Shown here: positions 20,663 through 31,728 of the stretch, piece by piece
Numbering within the stretch: the first letter of the stretch is position 1
How the letters are laid out: every line of letters begins with the position of its first letter
Assembly (NCBI GenBank): GCA_044222185.1
Contig: JBGANV010000003.1
Span: 1 to 64,000 of the forward strand
Direction of reading: 5' to 3'
Length of the DNA stretch: 64,000 nt
Source of the DNA: Planctomycetota bacterium
GTDB lineage: Bacteria; Planctomycetota; GCA-002687715; CAIWVZ01
Notes under the pieces: model-generated
Told to the model about the DNA's origin: nothing
What the model saw: only the letters and a program-made list of their open reading frames with translations
Databases searched by the model: none
Position numbers and translations under genes: made by a program

Positions 20663-23600
20663 TCACGACCGCGGACCACCGCCGTCGCCCACCGCCGACG
20701 CCTCGGGCGCGCGCGGCGACTGCGCCGCCGTGAGGTGAACGACGAGCGCGTGCCTTCGACCATCCGAAACGATCGGAATCGCCGTGCTCGGGACCAGGAT
20801 GCCGTCGAGCCGCGCCTCGACGACTTCCATGCCTCCGCCGTCGTTGAACACCTCGATGTCATAGGAGGCCCCGCCCGTTCGCCAGCTGATGATGAACGCG
20901 GGCCAGGCGCTCGGGATGCAGGGCGCGATCTCGAACGTGTCCCCCCGGCGACGTAGCCCGAGTATGCGCTCGACCGCGAGGCGCAACGTCCACCCGGCAG
21001 CGCCGGTGTACCAGGACCACCCACCGCGACCGACGTTCGGCGGCTGGCTCATGATGTCCCCCGCGATCACGTACGGCTCGATGCGGTAGCGGGCGACGTC
21101 CTTCGGGGTCGCGGCGCGGAGGATCGGATTGAGGAACTGGAACACGCGCAGCGTCTGAGCTGCATCCCCGAGCAGGCTCCAGGCCCAGCCGAGCCAGGTT
21201 GCCGCATGGCTGTACTGGCCGCCGTTTTCGCGGACGCCAGGGAGGTAGCCGCGGATGTACCCCGGGTGCTGCGGCGCGTTGTCGAAGGGCGGGTCGAGCA
21301 GGAGCACCAGCCTCGATTCATCGCGGACGAGGCGATCCGTGGCGGACTGCAGAGCCGTCACCGCGCGATCGGAGCGAGCCGCTCCCGAGGCCATCACCGA
21401 CCATGCCTGCGCGACGAGATCGATCCGGCACTCACGCGCGCCGGCCGATCCGACCGGATTCCCCTGGTCGTCGAACGCCCTCGACCACCAGGCACCGTCC
21501 CAGCCGTGCGCATCGAGACTCTGGGAGAGCCGTCCGGCACGATCGCGCCAGGCCTCGGCCCGACCCAGATTGCCGCGTCGCTCCGCGATCGCCGCGAACC
21601 GCCGCAGGACGTCGTGGAGGAACCATCCAAGCCAGATGCTCTCACCGATCCCTCGATCGCCGATGCGGTCCATGCCGTCGTTCCAGTCTCCGGTGCCCAT
21701 CAGCGGAAGTCCGCGGGACCCGAGCGCCGAACCCCGTTCGATCGCCGCCACGCAGTGGTCGAACAGCGGCGTCGCCTTCTCGACCACGGTGAACACGTCG
21801 ACACGATCCCGCTCGTCGGGCTCGAGGCGCGCGCCCGTGAGCCAGGTCACGGGCGCGTCGAGCAGCGTCGCGTCCCCGGTCGTTTGCAGGTACTCGGAGA
21901 CGACCCACGGAAGCCAGAGCATGTCGTCCGAGCAACGCGTGCGGACTCCGCGCGACGTCGGCGGATGCCACCAGTGGAGGACGTCCCCATCGACGAACTG
22001 GTGTCGCGCGGCATCGAGGATGCGCTCACGCGCGAAGCTCGGGTCGTGGAGGCACAGCCCCAGCCCGTCCTGAAGCTGGTCGCGGAATCCGAACGCTCCG
22101 CCGGGCTGATGATGCGAGCTTCGCGCCCAAAGCCGGCAGGTGACGATCTGATACGGAAGCCACCGGTTCACGAGGAGATCCATCGCGGGATCGGGAGTCC
22201 GCACCACGATGCGCTCGCAGAGATCATCCCAGCGTTCACGAACCGCCTCGCGGGTGTGGTGGACCATGCGCAGATCGCGGAACCGCGCGGCGAGCTCCAG
22301 CGCGGACGCCTTGTCGCTCCCCTCTCCCAGAATGAAGCAGAACTCCAGCCCCGTGCGCGGCGAAAGCTCCACCGCGACTTGGTATGCGGCCGCCGGATCC
22401 GCCGCAGCGTGTTCCGCCCCGGTGAGACCGCACCGCTGCAGACCGTCCGGCCGAGAGAGGTCGCCACCGTATCCCAGGAACTCTGCGCGGTCGCAGGTGA
22501 CGCCATGCGGGGCCCGGTCCGACGCCAGGAACGCCACCCGCTCGCGGTAGTCCGCCGCGAACGGATTCCGCGCGAGCAGGACGCCGTCGGAGTAGGCCGT
22601 CAGGATGTGGCGCCGAGTGAGCGTGCGCGACGTGCCGAGGACCCATTCGGTGAAGCACGTCGCCGTCAAACGGCGCGCCCGATCGCCGGGATTGTCGACG
22701 TGGAGCAGGATCACGAGCACGGGGGCATCCGGAGCGACGAACACGTCGACCTGTTGCCGCAACCCGTGACTGTGCAGCCGGTACTCCGATTCCCCGGCGC
22801 GATGGCTCACCTGGTAGGGCTGCCCGGCCGGCGCTGGTTCCGGCATCGGGGACCAGACGTCCGCGTTCTCCTCGTCGCGCAGGTAGACGGCGACGGACGG
22901 CGAATCCGTCACGGCATCGTTGCGCCAAGGCGTGATGCGGTGCTCCGAGCTGTTGATCCCATGGACGCATCCGATTCCTGAATCCGACACGAGGCAGCCG
23001 AACTGGGGATTGCCGATGACGTTCACCCACGGAGCCGGCGTCCGGACTCCCGGAGGCAGGTGAATGACGTAGTCGCGGCCATCAGGCGAGAATCCGCCGA
23101 TGCCGTTGTCGAACAGGAGATCCCGCGGACGCTCGAGCGGAGCGACGACCGACGGGGTTGGCGCGACACGGGACGTCGGCACGAACGCCGGCAGCAGCGC
23201 GACGGGGCTCCTGGCAGAACGGAGAAGCGCGTCGAGATCCGCGGTGGCGGCGGGAATCACGACCGATGCCGCGTGCTCGAGTGCGCGAACCGTCGCCGAC
23301 CCGGCACGGCCCGAGTCGACGAAGAAGACTCCCCGCGAGGCATCGGGTTCGGGCGCCAGTGCCGCGGTGTGGCGGTGGAGCCAGTCCCGGAACGGCTGTC
23401 CGTATCCACCAGGCCGATCATCGAGCACGACGAGGTCGACTCTCGCTCCTGCGCTCCACCAGTACGCTTGTGCACGCAAGCAGAACGCGACGCAGGGCGC
23501 ACTTTCGGCCGCTGCGACCTTCACGAGCAGAATCGGCAGATCGCCCGAGATCGCGAGCGGCCACAAGTCGGGCTGCGCAGGCAGATCCGACTCGATGGCC

Positions 23601-26600
23601 GCGAGTGGGCCGCGGACGCTTCGATGGGCGTTGAGCACGGCGGACAAAAGCCGGTTCGCGAACGGCAGCTCGTCGGTCGCGAACCCGGCGCCGCGGATCA
23701 TCCGCTCGGCGCGGGCGTGGGCCGACGTCGTCGCCCACGAGGCCGCATCACTCACGGTAAATCGCCCGATCAGCCGGCGGACCTGCGCCGCGGACGGGGA
23801 CGCGGCCCACACGAAGACGATTTCGGCCGACTCGTAGGCCGGGAGATCCAGGCGGACGGCGAGCGCCGCGACGGGGTCGATGGGCGCGCGATCCCCGGCG
23901 CCTGGAAGCTCGCCCGTCACCATCGCGGCCGGCCGCCGCCAGGTGCCTCCGCGACCGAGGAATCGATCACGGCTCGTCGCCGCGATCTCCACGCGGCCGT
24001 CTCCCGCGATGACGTGCGCCCCGTGGCCGAAACACAGGCGACGATCCGCCGACGATCGCGGGCGGCGCCGGAACAACAGGATCGGTGCGGCCGACCGCAG
24101 GTCGCATTCGACGAACAGCTTGGCGAACGCCGGATGCCGACGCGCCTCCGCCGGCGCCGCCAAAACGACCTCCGCGCAACTCGCGACGACCACACGACGA
24201 TCGACGCCGGTCTCGTTCGTGATCCGCACGCGACGAATCTCCACGTCGTCGTCGGCCGAGACGCTCACCTCGACGCGCGACCGAATCCCCTGCTCCGCGC
24301 GCTGGAACTCCGCCCTATGGGGGGCGAAGGTCACGGTCGAACCGGCGCCACGACCGCCCGCGGGAGACGTCGTCGCGGACCAGAACTCGCCGGAAACGTC
24401 GTCGCGGACGTAGATCCACGACCCACCTTCGTCGGCGGTGGGATCCCAGGCGCCCTGCGTGAGTGCAACCCCGTCGAACGTCGACGTGCCGCCGCCCCTG
24501 TTCGACAGGAGTACCTGATAGCGACCGTTGCCGAGCAGGTTCACCTCCGGAAGCACCTCGCCGACGGGTGCAGCCCACTCGACCACGGCCGCCGCCTGCG
24601 CCGAGACCGCGACGCGTCGCGCCGCACGGATGGGCTCGGGAATCGATGCGCCGTTCACGCCCTCGTGGAGGAAATGTTCGATGGTCGCCATGCGGCGGTT
24701 GCGATGGAAGCGCGCAACCATGCGGCCGTCGTCCAACCGACTCGCGATGGACAGGAGGCTCATTCCCTGGTGATGCGCCATGTACGACTTCACGATGGCC
24801 CCCGCTGGCGGAGCCCGGGACGTGGTGAAATCCACGGCCTCGTAGATCCCGAAGCTGCCGAGCATGCCCATCCCTTCGAAACGCTCGAGCGCGTCGAGAA
24901 CCTCGTGCGGGGCGAACGGCAACGCCAGCATCGTGGCGTAGGGGGCGATCACGCAGTCCTCTCCCAGGTCACGTCGAAGGCCCAGTCCCGGCACCCCGAA
25001 GGCCCGGTACTGGTACGAACCACTGGGATCGAAGGCGTGGAAGCCCGACTCCGACACTCCGAACGGAACGCGCCGTTCGCTCGCCCACGCGATCTGGCGC
25101 TCGACCGCGGCCCGGGCGCTCTCCTCGAGGAGCGTCCCCGACGGGTGGCGCATCAAGAGGACGGGCATCAGGTGCTCGAACATCGTCGCCCCCCAGGACA
25201 GGAGTGCCTGGCGCGATCCCACCCGCGTGAACGGCCGCCCCAGGTGCATCCAGTGAGAGGGCGGAGCGTCCCCCTTCGCGATCGCGAAGTAGCTCGCGAC
25301 GCGCGCCTCGGAGGCCAGGAGGTCGTAGTAGCTCGGGTCTGGCTCGCCCTTCGTGACGTCGTGGCCGATCCGCATGAGGCTCCGGGTGGGATCGAACAGG
25401 AACGAGAAGTCCATCCCCAGCGCGAGCGCCTCGGCCGTGCGCGAAAGTGCCCGGCTTTCGGCCACGAATTCCGTTGCCGACTTCATCCCCTGCTCGAGGG
25501 AACGGCGGAGTTCGTCGACGAGCGTCCGTTCCCGATCAGCGCTCGCGGCAGCCTCCTCGAGTTGGTTCGGCTCTCCGTCGAGCCGGTCGAGTAGCGCACC
25601 GAGCGCCGTGGCGCGCTCGCTGGCGGCGTCCAGCCCCATCGGCTCCATCGCCAGCTGGTGAATCGACCGCCAGACCTCGGCGCGGCGAGGCTCGGCGGCG
25701 GCGAGGAGCGCCGGGATCCGCGACGCCGGGAGGAGCCACGGACACAGTGTCTCGGCGTCACGAACGAGCACCGACATGTGATGCACGACGCGCTCGACCC
25801 ACCGGCCGAACTCGTCGACGTCCTCTGGCTCGGCGTCGTCCGTCAGCGCCTCAGCCGCGGCGCGGACGCGGGCGTCGGTCTCCTGCAACCACTTCGACGA
25901 GACCTCGGCGATGAAGTCGACCCAGAATGCTGGGGTGAAGTCTCCGTCGATCCGACGCAAGAGCGATTCCAGATGCCGCCCCAGGGCTGCCATGGGCGGG
26001 GCCGCCTGCGGCAGGCGCTCGACGACCCCGAGCAGGACGATCACCGTGTCGCGAAGGCCCTCACGGCGGCGGGACCGGAGCACCGGCGCACGCGCCACGT
26101 CGCCCAGTCCCTCCGCGAGGATGATGAGACACGCGGCAAGGTTGCCACTGTCGACCGTCGACACGTACCGCGGAACGAGCGCCGTCAGGTCGCGCGTCGA
26201 GTACCAGTTGAGGAAGTGCCCGCGGTACGTCTCCATTCCGCGAAGCGTGTCGAGCGTGTTGCGGATCCGCGCCACGAGCCCGGCCCTCGACAGGTATCCG
26301 AGGTCGTAGCCCGCCAGGAGCGAAAGCAGCGAGAACCCCACGTTCGTCGGAGACGTCCGGTGAGCAACGCCGGTCGCCGGGGATTCCTGGAAGTTGTCGG
26401 GCGGCAGCCACCGTTCCTCCGGGCAGACGAACGTCTCGAAGAAGTGGAACGTTCGGCGGGCGAGGCGGTGCAGGCGGGATGACTCCTCCACCGAGAGGCG
26501 CGCCGGTCGAGCCGTACGTGGACGTCCGGTGAACGACGCGACGAGAGGCGCCGCGAGCCAGCCGAGGAGGAGCGGGGATGCCGCTGGGACGGCCTCCTGG

Positions 26601-29182
26601 CGAAATGCACACAGCGCGAACAGGACGACGACGGCTGTCGCAGGCGCCGCAGCCGTCGCGCGGAGCGTCGCCCACGGGATCCCGGATCGGGCCGGCCCCT
26701 CACCGGCGTCGGAGGTCACCCATTCGAGCATCCGCCGACGTCTCACGAAGAGCCGCACGAGCGTCCGCACGATCGCGGTCGTGACCGCCACGGCTTCGCA
26801 CGGGAGGAACACGAGGCCCAGGCCCGCGCGCGGGAATGGTGCGAGCGCATTGCGGGCGGCGAAACGCAGGTTCGCGAGGTGTCGCAAGCGCCGCGCACCG
26901 GCGACCGCGACTCCCGCGAGCGCGACGAGCGCCGGCAGGATCCATGCCAGGACGACCGCTGCCGTCCACGCGAAGGGCGGGGCCGGCACCGCCATCCAGC
27001 CGAGGACGAGGAGCCCGAGGACGCAGGGAGAGTGCAGGCTTCGCCGAAGGTTGTCGAGGATCTTCCACCGAGCGAGCACCGAGAGCGGGTTTGGACGCGC
27101 CTCCCCGCCCTCCCCCGGCACGCGTCGGCCGAGCCATGGGAGGAGCTGCCAATCGCCACGCACCCACCGCGCATGACGCTTGAGCCAGCCCACGAACGTG
27201 GATGGGAACCCGTCGAAGAGCACGATGTCCGTGGCAAGCGCGGCGCGGCCGTGGATCCCCTCGAAGAGATCGTGGCTCAGGAGCGCGTTCTCCGGAACGC
27301 GCGAGTCCAGTGAGTGATGGAATGCCTCCAGGTCGTAGACACCCTTGCCGGCGTAGATCCCCTCGCCGAAGAGGTCCTGATACACGTCAGATACCGCGTG
27401 GCTGTAGATGTCGAGCGTGGAGTCACCGGAGTAGACCCGAGAGAACGTCGTCCGTGTCGCGCTCGCCGGGTCCGTGGCGATCCGCGGTTGGACGACGGTG
27501 TAGCCCGCCATCACTCGGCCGGAAGCAGGATCGGCGATCGCACGATTCAGCGGGTGAGCGAGCGTTCCCACGAGGCGGGCCGCCGAACGCGCCGGGAGCT
27601 CCGTATCCGCGTCGAGCGTGATGACGAATCGCACCGAGCCGGGAGCGGGAACGGCGCCTGCGCATGTCTCGAACGCCGTTCCGGACTCCCCCCGCAACCG
27701 TCGATTGAATTCCTCGAGCTTCCCGCGCTTGCGTTCCCACCCCATCCAGACGCCTTCGGTCTCGTTCCACCGACGCGCGCGATGCAGCAGGAAAAACGGC
27801 TGCGAGAGCTCGGAGCCGTACGCGGCGTTGAGCTGATCGACGAGAGCCCGAGCCTCTTCGACGACGGACGCATCGTTCGGCGTCACCGCGGCGTCGGCGT
27901 CGGGCACGTCCGTGAGCAACCCGAACGAGAGCGCCTGATCGGAGTTGCCGAGGTAGTTGGTCTCCATGTTCGCGACGAGCGCGTGAAGAGTCGCTCGAGA
28001 CGAGAGCATGCATGGGATCACGACGGCGGTCCTGAACTCCTGGGGTATGCCGTTGGAGAAGTCCATCTTCGGGAGGACTCGCGGAGTCGTGAGCGCGACG
28101 ACGAGGCGGTTGACGATCTCGACGGCGATCGCGCTCGCCGGGACGCACGCCAGCAGGCCCACGAGGCCCTCCACCCAAGCGTGAGCTCCGAGCCGCCAGA
28201 GGGCGATCTCGGTGCCGGCGACGAGGAGCCCCGTCACCGCGAGGATCGACGACAGGTAGACGGGGAGCCTCATGGGCCTGAGCACGGCGACCAGCGCTTG
28301 CGCGAACGGTCGCCGGTAGCCGATGGAACGTTCGAACGCACGTGTGGCGAGGCCGACGAGCGCGCCGCCCACGTGCCGCACCGGCTCGCCCGCGACGATT
28401 GCGTGCTCCGCGAACGCCACCGCGCGCTGAGCGACGTCCTCCTCGCGGAGGCCCGATCCCGCCGCCAGCCGCTCGACGGCCTTGCGATATCGATCCCGGC
28501 TCGACTCGTCCATCCCCGCATAGATCCCGCAAGGGTCGCGGAGCAACGCGTCCTCCACGAGGGACGCCCGACGGAACACCACGGTCCAGTCGCACGCCTG
28601 GAGCCGGCGCAGCGTGGTCATCGACGCCGCGATGCGCCGATCGCTGTCCTGCGTGGTCGACGCGACGTTGGCATCGTCGGATGGGAGCTCGGCCGACGTC
28701 AGCGCCGTGGCACCTGCGATCAGCCCTTCGAGTGCGGCAACGCGCAGGGCGGCTCCGAGGGCCCAGATCTCGCCCGTCGTCAAGGGCGCGATGCGCTGGA
28801 ATTCGGTCAGGTACGCAACGCAGGTGTCGACGTCGAAGCGATCCTCCGCGTTCGCGAGGATGGCGCGTGCGACGGTGAGCACCCGCGGCTCACCCCGGCT
28901 GGAGTGCCGGCGACTCAGCCCTGGAAGCTGGGCGAAGAACTCCGGTGGCAGGCTCTCGGCGACCTGGCGGAGCGCATCGCGGGCGATGAATTCGTTGTCG
29001 AGGAACCACTCGACCCCTGGTGATGCGACGAGACTTCCCTCCGCTCGCGACGTGATGGCGGCAGCGGCCGCGTCCAGCCCTCGCTCCAGCATCGCGACGA
29101 GGCGCCGCGGCGACCGCGCGCGCGCCCGGCGCGGGCGGGCCGCCGGCTGCCACTGGCGGGCGAGGGTGGTTGCGTCCTGCAT
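20663..29182 (-). CDS. ndvB: Cyclic beta-1,2-glucan synthase (GT84 plus cyclization domain plus GH94 phosphorylase)
   Basis: About 2840 aa; WMGWERKRGKLEEFN, ITLDADT, LLSHDLFEG, RWVRGDWQL, PPDNFQE, HRTSPTN, YDLLASEAR, GAFGFRDQLQD, GDWNDGM, ENGGQYSHAA and GRGGWSWYTG; GGAGG before the ATG at 29182. Confidence 0.93.
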   Translation of the reverse strand: MQDATTLARQWQPAARPRRARARSPRRLVAMLERGLDAAAAAITSRAEGSLVASPGVEWFLDNEFIARDALRQVAESLPPEFFAQLPGLSRRHSSRGEPRVLTVARAILANAEDRFDVDTCVAYLTEFQRIAPLTTGEIWALGAALRVAALEGLIAGATALTSAELPSDDANVASTTQDSDRRIAASMTTLRRLQACDWTVVFRRASLVEDALLRDPCGIYAGMDESSRDRYRKAVERLAAGSGLREEDVAQRAVAFAEHAIVAGEPVRHVGGALVGLATRAFERSIGYRRPFAQALVAVLRPMRLPVYLSSILAVTGLLVAGTEIALWRLGAHAWVEGLVGLLACVPASAIAVEIVNRLVVALTTPRVLPKMDFSNGIPQEFRTAVVIPCMLSSRATLHALVANMETNYLGNSDQALSFGLLTDVPDADAAVTPNDASVVEEARALVDQLNAAYGSELSQPFFLLHRARRWNETEGVWMGWERKRGKLEEFNRRLRGESGTAFETCAGAVPAPGSVRFVITLDADTELPARSAARLVGTLAHPLNRAIADPASGRVMAGYTVVQPRIATDPASATRTTFSRVYSGDSTLDIYSHAVSDVYQDLFGEGIYAGKGVYDLEAFHHSLDSRVPENALLSHDLFEGIHGRAALATDIVLFDGFPSTFVGWLKRHARWVRGDWQLLPWLGRRVPGEGGEARPNPLSVLARWKILDNLRRSLHSPCVLGLLVLGWMAVPAPPFAWTAAVVLAWILPALVALAGVAVAGARRLRHLANLRFAARNALAPFPRAGLGLVFLPCEAVAVTTAIVRTLVRLFVRRRRMLEWVTSDAGEGPARSGIPWATLRATAAAPATAVVVLFALCAFRQEAVPAASPLLLGWLAAPLVASFTGRPRTARPARLSVEESSRLHRLARRTFHFFETFVCPEERWLPPDNFQESPATGVAHRTSPTNVGFSLLSLLAGYDLGYLSRAGLVARIRNTLDTLRGMETYRGHFLNWYSTRDLTALVPRYVSTVDSGNLAACLIILAEGLGDVARAPVLRSRRREGLRDTVIVLLGVVERLPQAAPPMAALGRHLESLLRRIDGDFTPAFWVDFIAEVSSKWLQETDARVRAAAEALTDDAEPEDVDEFGRWVERVVHHMSVLVRDAETLCPWLLPASRIPALLAAAEPRRAEVWRSIHQLAMEPMGLDAASERATALGALLDRLDGEPNQLEEAAASADRERTLVDELRRSLEQGMKSATEFVAESRALSRTAEALALGMDFSFLFDPTRSLMRIGHDVTKGEPDPSYYDLLASEARVASYFAIAKGDAPPSHWMHLGRPFTRVGSRQALLSWGATMFEHLMPVLLMRHPSGTLLEESARAAVERQIAWASERRVPFGVSESGFHAFDPSGSYQYRAFGVPGLGLRRDLGEDCVIAPYATMLALPFAPHEVLDALERFEGMGMLGSFGIYEAVDFTTSRAPPAGAIVKSYMAHHQGMSLLSIASRLDDGRMVARFHRNRRMATIEHFLHEGVNGASIPEPIRAARRVAVSAQAAAVVEWAAPVGEVLPEVNLLGNGRYQVLLSNRGGGTSTFDGVALTQGAWDPTADEGGSWIYVRDDVSGEFWSATTSPAGGRGAGSTVTFAPHRAEFQRAEQGIRSRVEVSVSADDDVEIRRVRITNETGVDRRVVVASCAEVVLAAPAEARRHPAFAKLFVECDLRSAAPILLFRRRPRSSADRRLCFGHGAHVIAGDGRVEIAATSRDRFLGRGGTWRRPAAMVTGELPGAGDRAPIDPVAALAVRLDLPAYESAEIVFVWAASPSAAQVRRLIGRFTVSDAASWATTSAHARAERMIRGAGFATDELPFANRLLSAVLNAHRSVRGPLAAIESDLPAQPDLWPLAISGDLPILLVKVAAAESAPCVAFCLRAQAYWWSAGARVDLVVLDDRPGGYGQPFRDWLHRHTAALAPEPDASRGVFFVDSGRAGSATVRALEHAASVVIPAATADLDALLRSARSPVALLPAFVPTSRVAPTPSVVAPLERPRDLLFDNGIGGFSPDGRDYVIHLPPGVRTPAPWVNVIGNPQFGCLVSDSGIGCVHGINSSEHRITPWRNDAVTDSPSVAVYLRDEENADVWSPMPEPAPAGQPYQVSHRAGESEYRLHSHGLRQQVDVFVAPDAPVLVILLHVDNPGDRARRLTATCFTEWVLGTSRTLTRRHILTAYSDGVLLARNPFAADYRERVAFLASDRAPHGVTCDRAEFLGYGGDLSRPDGLQRCGLTGAEHAAADPAAAYQVAVELSPRTGLEFCFILGEGSDKASALELAARFRDLRMVHHTREAVRERWDDLCERIVVRTPDPAMDLLVNRWLPYQIVTCRLWARSSHHQPGGAFGFRDQLQDGLGLCLHDPSFARERILDAARHQFVDGDVLHWWHPPTSRGVRTRCSDDMLWLPWVVSEYLQTTGDATLLDAPVTWLTGARLEPDERDRVDVFTVVEKATPLFDHCVAAIERGSALGSRGLPLMGTGDWNDGMDRIGDRGIGESIWLGWFLHDVLRRFAAIAERRGNLGRAEAWRDRAGRLSQSLDAHGWDGAWWSRAFDDQGNPVGSAGARECRIDLVAQAWSVMASGAARSDRAVTALQSATDRLVRDESRLVLLLDPPFDNAPQHPGYIRGYLPGVRENGGQYSHAATWLGWAWSLLGDAAQTLRVFQFLNPILRAATPKDVARYRIEPYVIAGDIMSQPPNVGRGGWSWYTGAAGWTLRLAVERILGLRRRGDTFEIAPCIPSAWPAFIISWRTGGASYDIEVFNDGGGMEVVEARLDGILVPSTAIPIVSDGRRHALVVHLTAAQSPRAPEASAVGDGGGPRS

Positions 29183-29198
29183 CAAGCCTCCGATCCGC

Positions 29199-30188
29199 TC
29201 ACGCGCTCGGTGGCCGCGCGGGCGCCCGTGGAGGCATCGTCGCCTGGCCCGCGGATGACGGCCCGCCTGATGGAGCATCCTGGAGAACGAGGGTCGGCCG
29301 GCCGGGGTGCGAGATCATCGCTTGCGCGACGCTGCCCATGTGCCAGCAGGCCTGCAACGCTCCGTTCATGCCCGCTCCGTGAGCCGACATCACGATGAGG
29401 TCCACGTCCTCGTCGTTCGCGAGTTCCGCGAGCCTGGGGCCGACCTGCCGCGACTCGACGATGTGGCAACGCGACGTGATGCCGTCGGCATCCAGCTCGG
29501 TCCGGATTCCGTGGAAGTACCGTGCCGCCGTCTCGAGGTTGCGCTCGACCACTTCACGGGAGAGCCGGCGGGACACCTCTTCGAGCGGAAGGTCGCCGTA
29601 GGAGAGGAGCGGGGTTGCGACCACGTGAGCGAGCACGACGGCGGCGCCGTGGGTGCGGGCGATCGTAGTCGCGGTGCGAAGCGTCCAGTGCGAGCGTTTC
29701 GACCCATCGAGTGGGACGAGGATTCGCGCGTAGCGGCGAGGCTCCAACGCGACGGCGTCGTGGTCCCGCGTCGGGACGACCATCACGGACGAAGCCGCGG
29801 CACGAAGGGCCGAGTGCGTCGCGCCGCTCAGCTCGAAGTCGGGCGCGGACTCGCGGCCGTGGCTCGCGATCACGAGCAGTGGGTCGCGCACCTGGAGGCA
29901 GACCTCGGAGATCAGCCCGGTCGACGTGCCCTCCGAAACCTCGACGTCCACGACGATCCCCGACGACGCCAGTCGCTCGCGAACGCCGGCCAGGTGAGTG
30001 GCCGCACGCGTCCGGTGCAACGACCACTCCACGGCGTCGACGGGCGGGTGCCCGGCCGCGCCGCTCGGGCTCAACACGTGAACGACGCGGATCGGAACCT
30101 CGATCGCACGGGCGATGCCCGCCGCGTGAGGCAGAGCCGCCTCGGCATGCGGCGACCCGTCGATGGCAACGACGACACTCGAAAGCAT
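29199..30188 (-). CDS. Universal stress protein (tandem UspA domains)
   Basis: VVVAIDGS...VIASHG and ILVPLDGS...DLIVMSAHG...GSVAQ. Confidence 0.9.
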   Translation of the reverse strand: MLSSVVVAIDGSPHAEAALPHAAGIARAIEVPIRVVHVLSPSGAAGHPPVDAVEWSLHRTRAATHLAGVRERLASSGIVVDVEVSEGTSTGLISEVCLQVRDPLLVIASHGRESAPDFELSGATHSALRAAASSVMVVPTRDHDAVALEPRRYARILVPLDGSKRSHWTLRTATTIARTHGAAVVLAHVVATPLLSYGDLPLEEVSRRLSREVVERNLETAARYFHGIRTELDADGITSRCHIVESRQVGPRLAELANDEDVDLIVMSAHGAGMNGALQACWHMGSVAQAMISHPGRPTLVLQDAPSGGPSSAGQATMPPRAPARPPSA

Positions 30189-30218
30189 GAGATCTCCAGG
30201 TATCGGGTTTTGCGAACG

Positions 30219-31223
30219 TCAAACGGGTTCGGGGTCGAGCCGTCCCGGCAGGCTGGGAGCGAGGTCTTGGAGGCACGGCTCGGTTTCCGGCGGCTGGGCC
30301 GCCGGAGCGAGAGCCGCATGAAGCGCCAGGGGCGGAGGAGCGGCCGACGAAGGGGAGACGATGGCGACCACCGCGGCGACGCCGTCGGTGTCTCCACCAG
30401 CGGAGGCCGCGTCGACGAGATTCGCGCACGCCTCCACCGCCGTCGCTGCACTCGCAAGCAGGTCTCGGACGCGGTCGTTCGTGAGTCGCCGAAGGAGTCC
30501 GCTCGAGCAGAGGAGGACCCGATCCGCCGGCTGAATCTGCCGATGGATGACGTCGGTCCGGTGATGAGCGTTCGCGCCCAACGCGTTCCAGAGGACTTCC
30601 CTCGTGGCGGCGGCGTCCTTCGCACCCCGGCTGGGCTCTCGAGGCACGGCCGGCTCGGTCGTCGTGTGGTCGACCGTAAGCTGGCGGAGTTCGCCGGATC
30701 GCAACAGGAACGCACGCCCGTCCCCCGCGTGCGCCAGGACGAGGTTCGGATAGGCGACGAGTGCGCACGTGAGCGTCGACTGCAGATGAATGGGTTGCGG
30801 TACACCGCGCGCCGCGGCCTCGATGGCGACCCCCGAGAGCGCCACCGCTTCGCGGAGCAGTGCTTCTCCCTCGTCGTCCAGTGGCGAGTCGAACCGTCGC
30901 GCGAACGCCGTTCGGTGAATCGCCTCGTGGACCAGCGTCCGGAGCGCAGTCGCGGCCGCGAGTTCCGCCGCCGCCGAATCGCCCATGCCTCGGGCGACCG
31001 CCAGGAGGAACCGGGGGGCCGGGTGCGAGGTGAGCCCTTCGGGCAGATCGATCGAGACGGACGCGTCGACGACGGTCGCCTCGCCGATCCGGGCGATCGC
31101 CCAATGGTCGTTGCTCCGCCTGCCGTCCATTTCGCAATCCGTGGCACCGGCCAGGTCGAGCGGAGGCGGGTCGCCTCGGATCGCGCCCACCATGGGGATT
31201 GCCGCATCGGTCGGTGGCTTCAT
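30219..31223 (-). CDS. PP2C-family phosphatase homologue with degenerate metal-binding residues
   Basis: STLT, AHAGDGRAFLLR.GELRQLTVDH and DRVLLC motifs are present, but VADGMG reads VARGMG and CSDGL reads CSSGL. GGAGG before the ATG at 31223. Confidence 0.8.
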   Translation of the reverse strand: MKPPTDAAIPMVGAIRGDPPPLDLAGATDCEMDGRRSNDHWAIARIGEATVVDASVSIDLPEGLTSHPAPRFLLAVARGMGDSAAAELAAATALRTLVHEAIHRTAFARRFDSPLDDEGEALLREAVALSGVAIEAAARGVPQPIHLQSTLTCALVAYPNLVLAHAGDGRAFLLRSGELRQLTVDHTTTEPAVPREPSRGAKDAAATREVLWNALGANAHHRTDVIHRQIQPADRVLLCSSGLLRRLTNDRVRDLLASAATAVEACANLVDAASAGGDTDGVAAVVAIVSPSSAAPPPLALHAALAPAAQPPETEPCLQDLAPSLPGRLDPEPV

Positions 31224-31635
31224 GGTCCGGACCTCCGCACCGCGGTGGCGCCAGCGTCCCGACGTGAGTCGCGGGCTAGATGCAACCACGGCAAGGGCAC
31301 GACGCCGACGACTTCGTGGGGCCCGGAGACATCGACGTGCAAGGCGTCGTCGCAAACCCTGTTCCCGCAGGTGCCACGCGTGCGATCTGCGCTGCGCGAA
31401 GGCGCGGTTCTCAGCGGTCTCGTGGGGCGAAAGGCCAAACGGTGTCGCGACGAAGCGCGCGCAGCTGACGCGGATCTTGCGACGGGCATCGGCATGCCTT
31501 GCCGGACCGGCCCCAGGAGCACCGCATTCCGTGCCGCAGGTCCGGCCCGTCGGAGATGCGGGCTCGACGCGACTCGACCTGGGTTCCGGCGGCTGGGATC
31601 GAACGCTTCCTGCCGCGATTCCCCCATCGATCCGA

Positions 31636-31653
31636 TTGGAATGGGGTTTGCAA
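31636..31653 (+). promoter_or_regulatory. Sigma-54 (-24/-12) promoter candidate
   Basis: TTGGAATGGGGTTTGCAA: GG (31638-39), N10, GC (31650-51), about 78 nt upstream of the PA2169-like start. A sigma-54 activator is encoded next door. Confidence 0.65.
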
Positions 31654-31728
31654 TTCGCCGAGACGTCACGGTCGAACGTTCCCCGCTTCCCCTGCGGAAC
31701 GGATCCGACGTCTGAGCGGAGGCGACAG

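Noticed and set aside
21206-29023. Long plus-strand ORFs (591, 844 and 569 aa)
   Set aside because: Antisense shadows of the cyclic glucan synthase.
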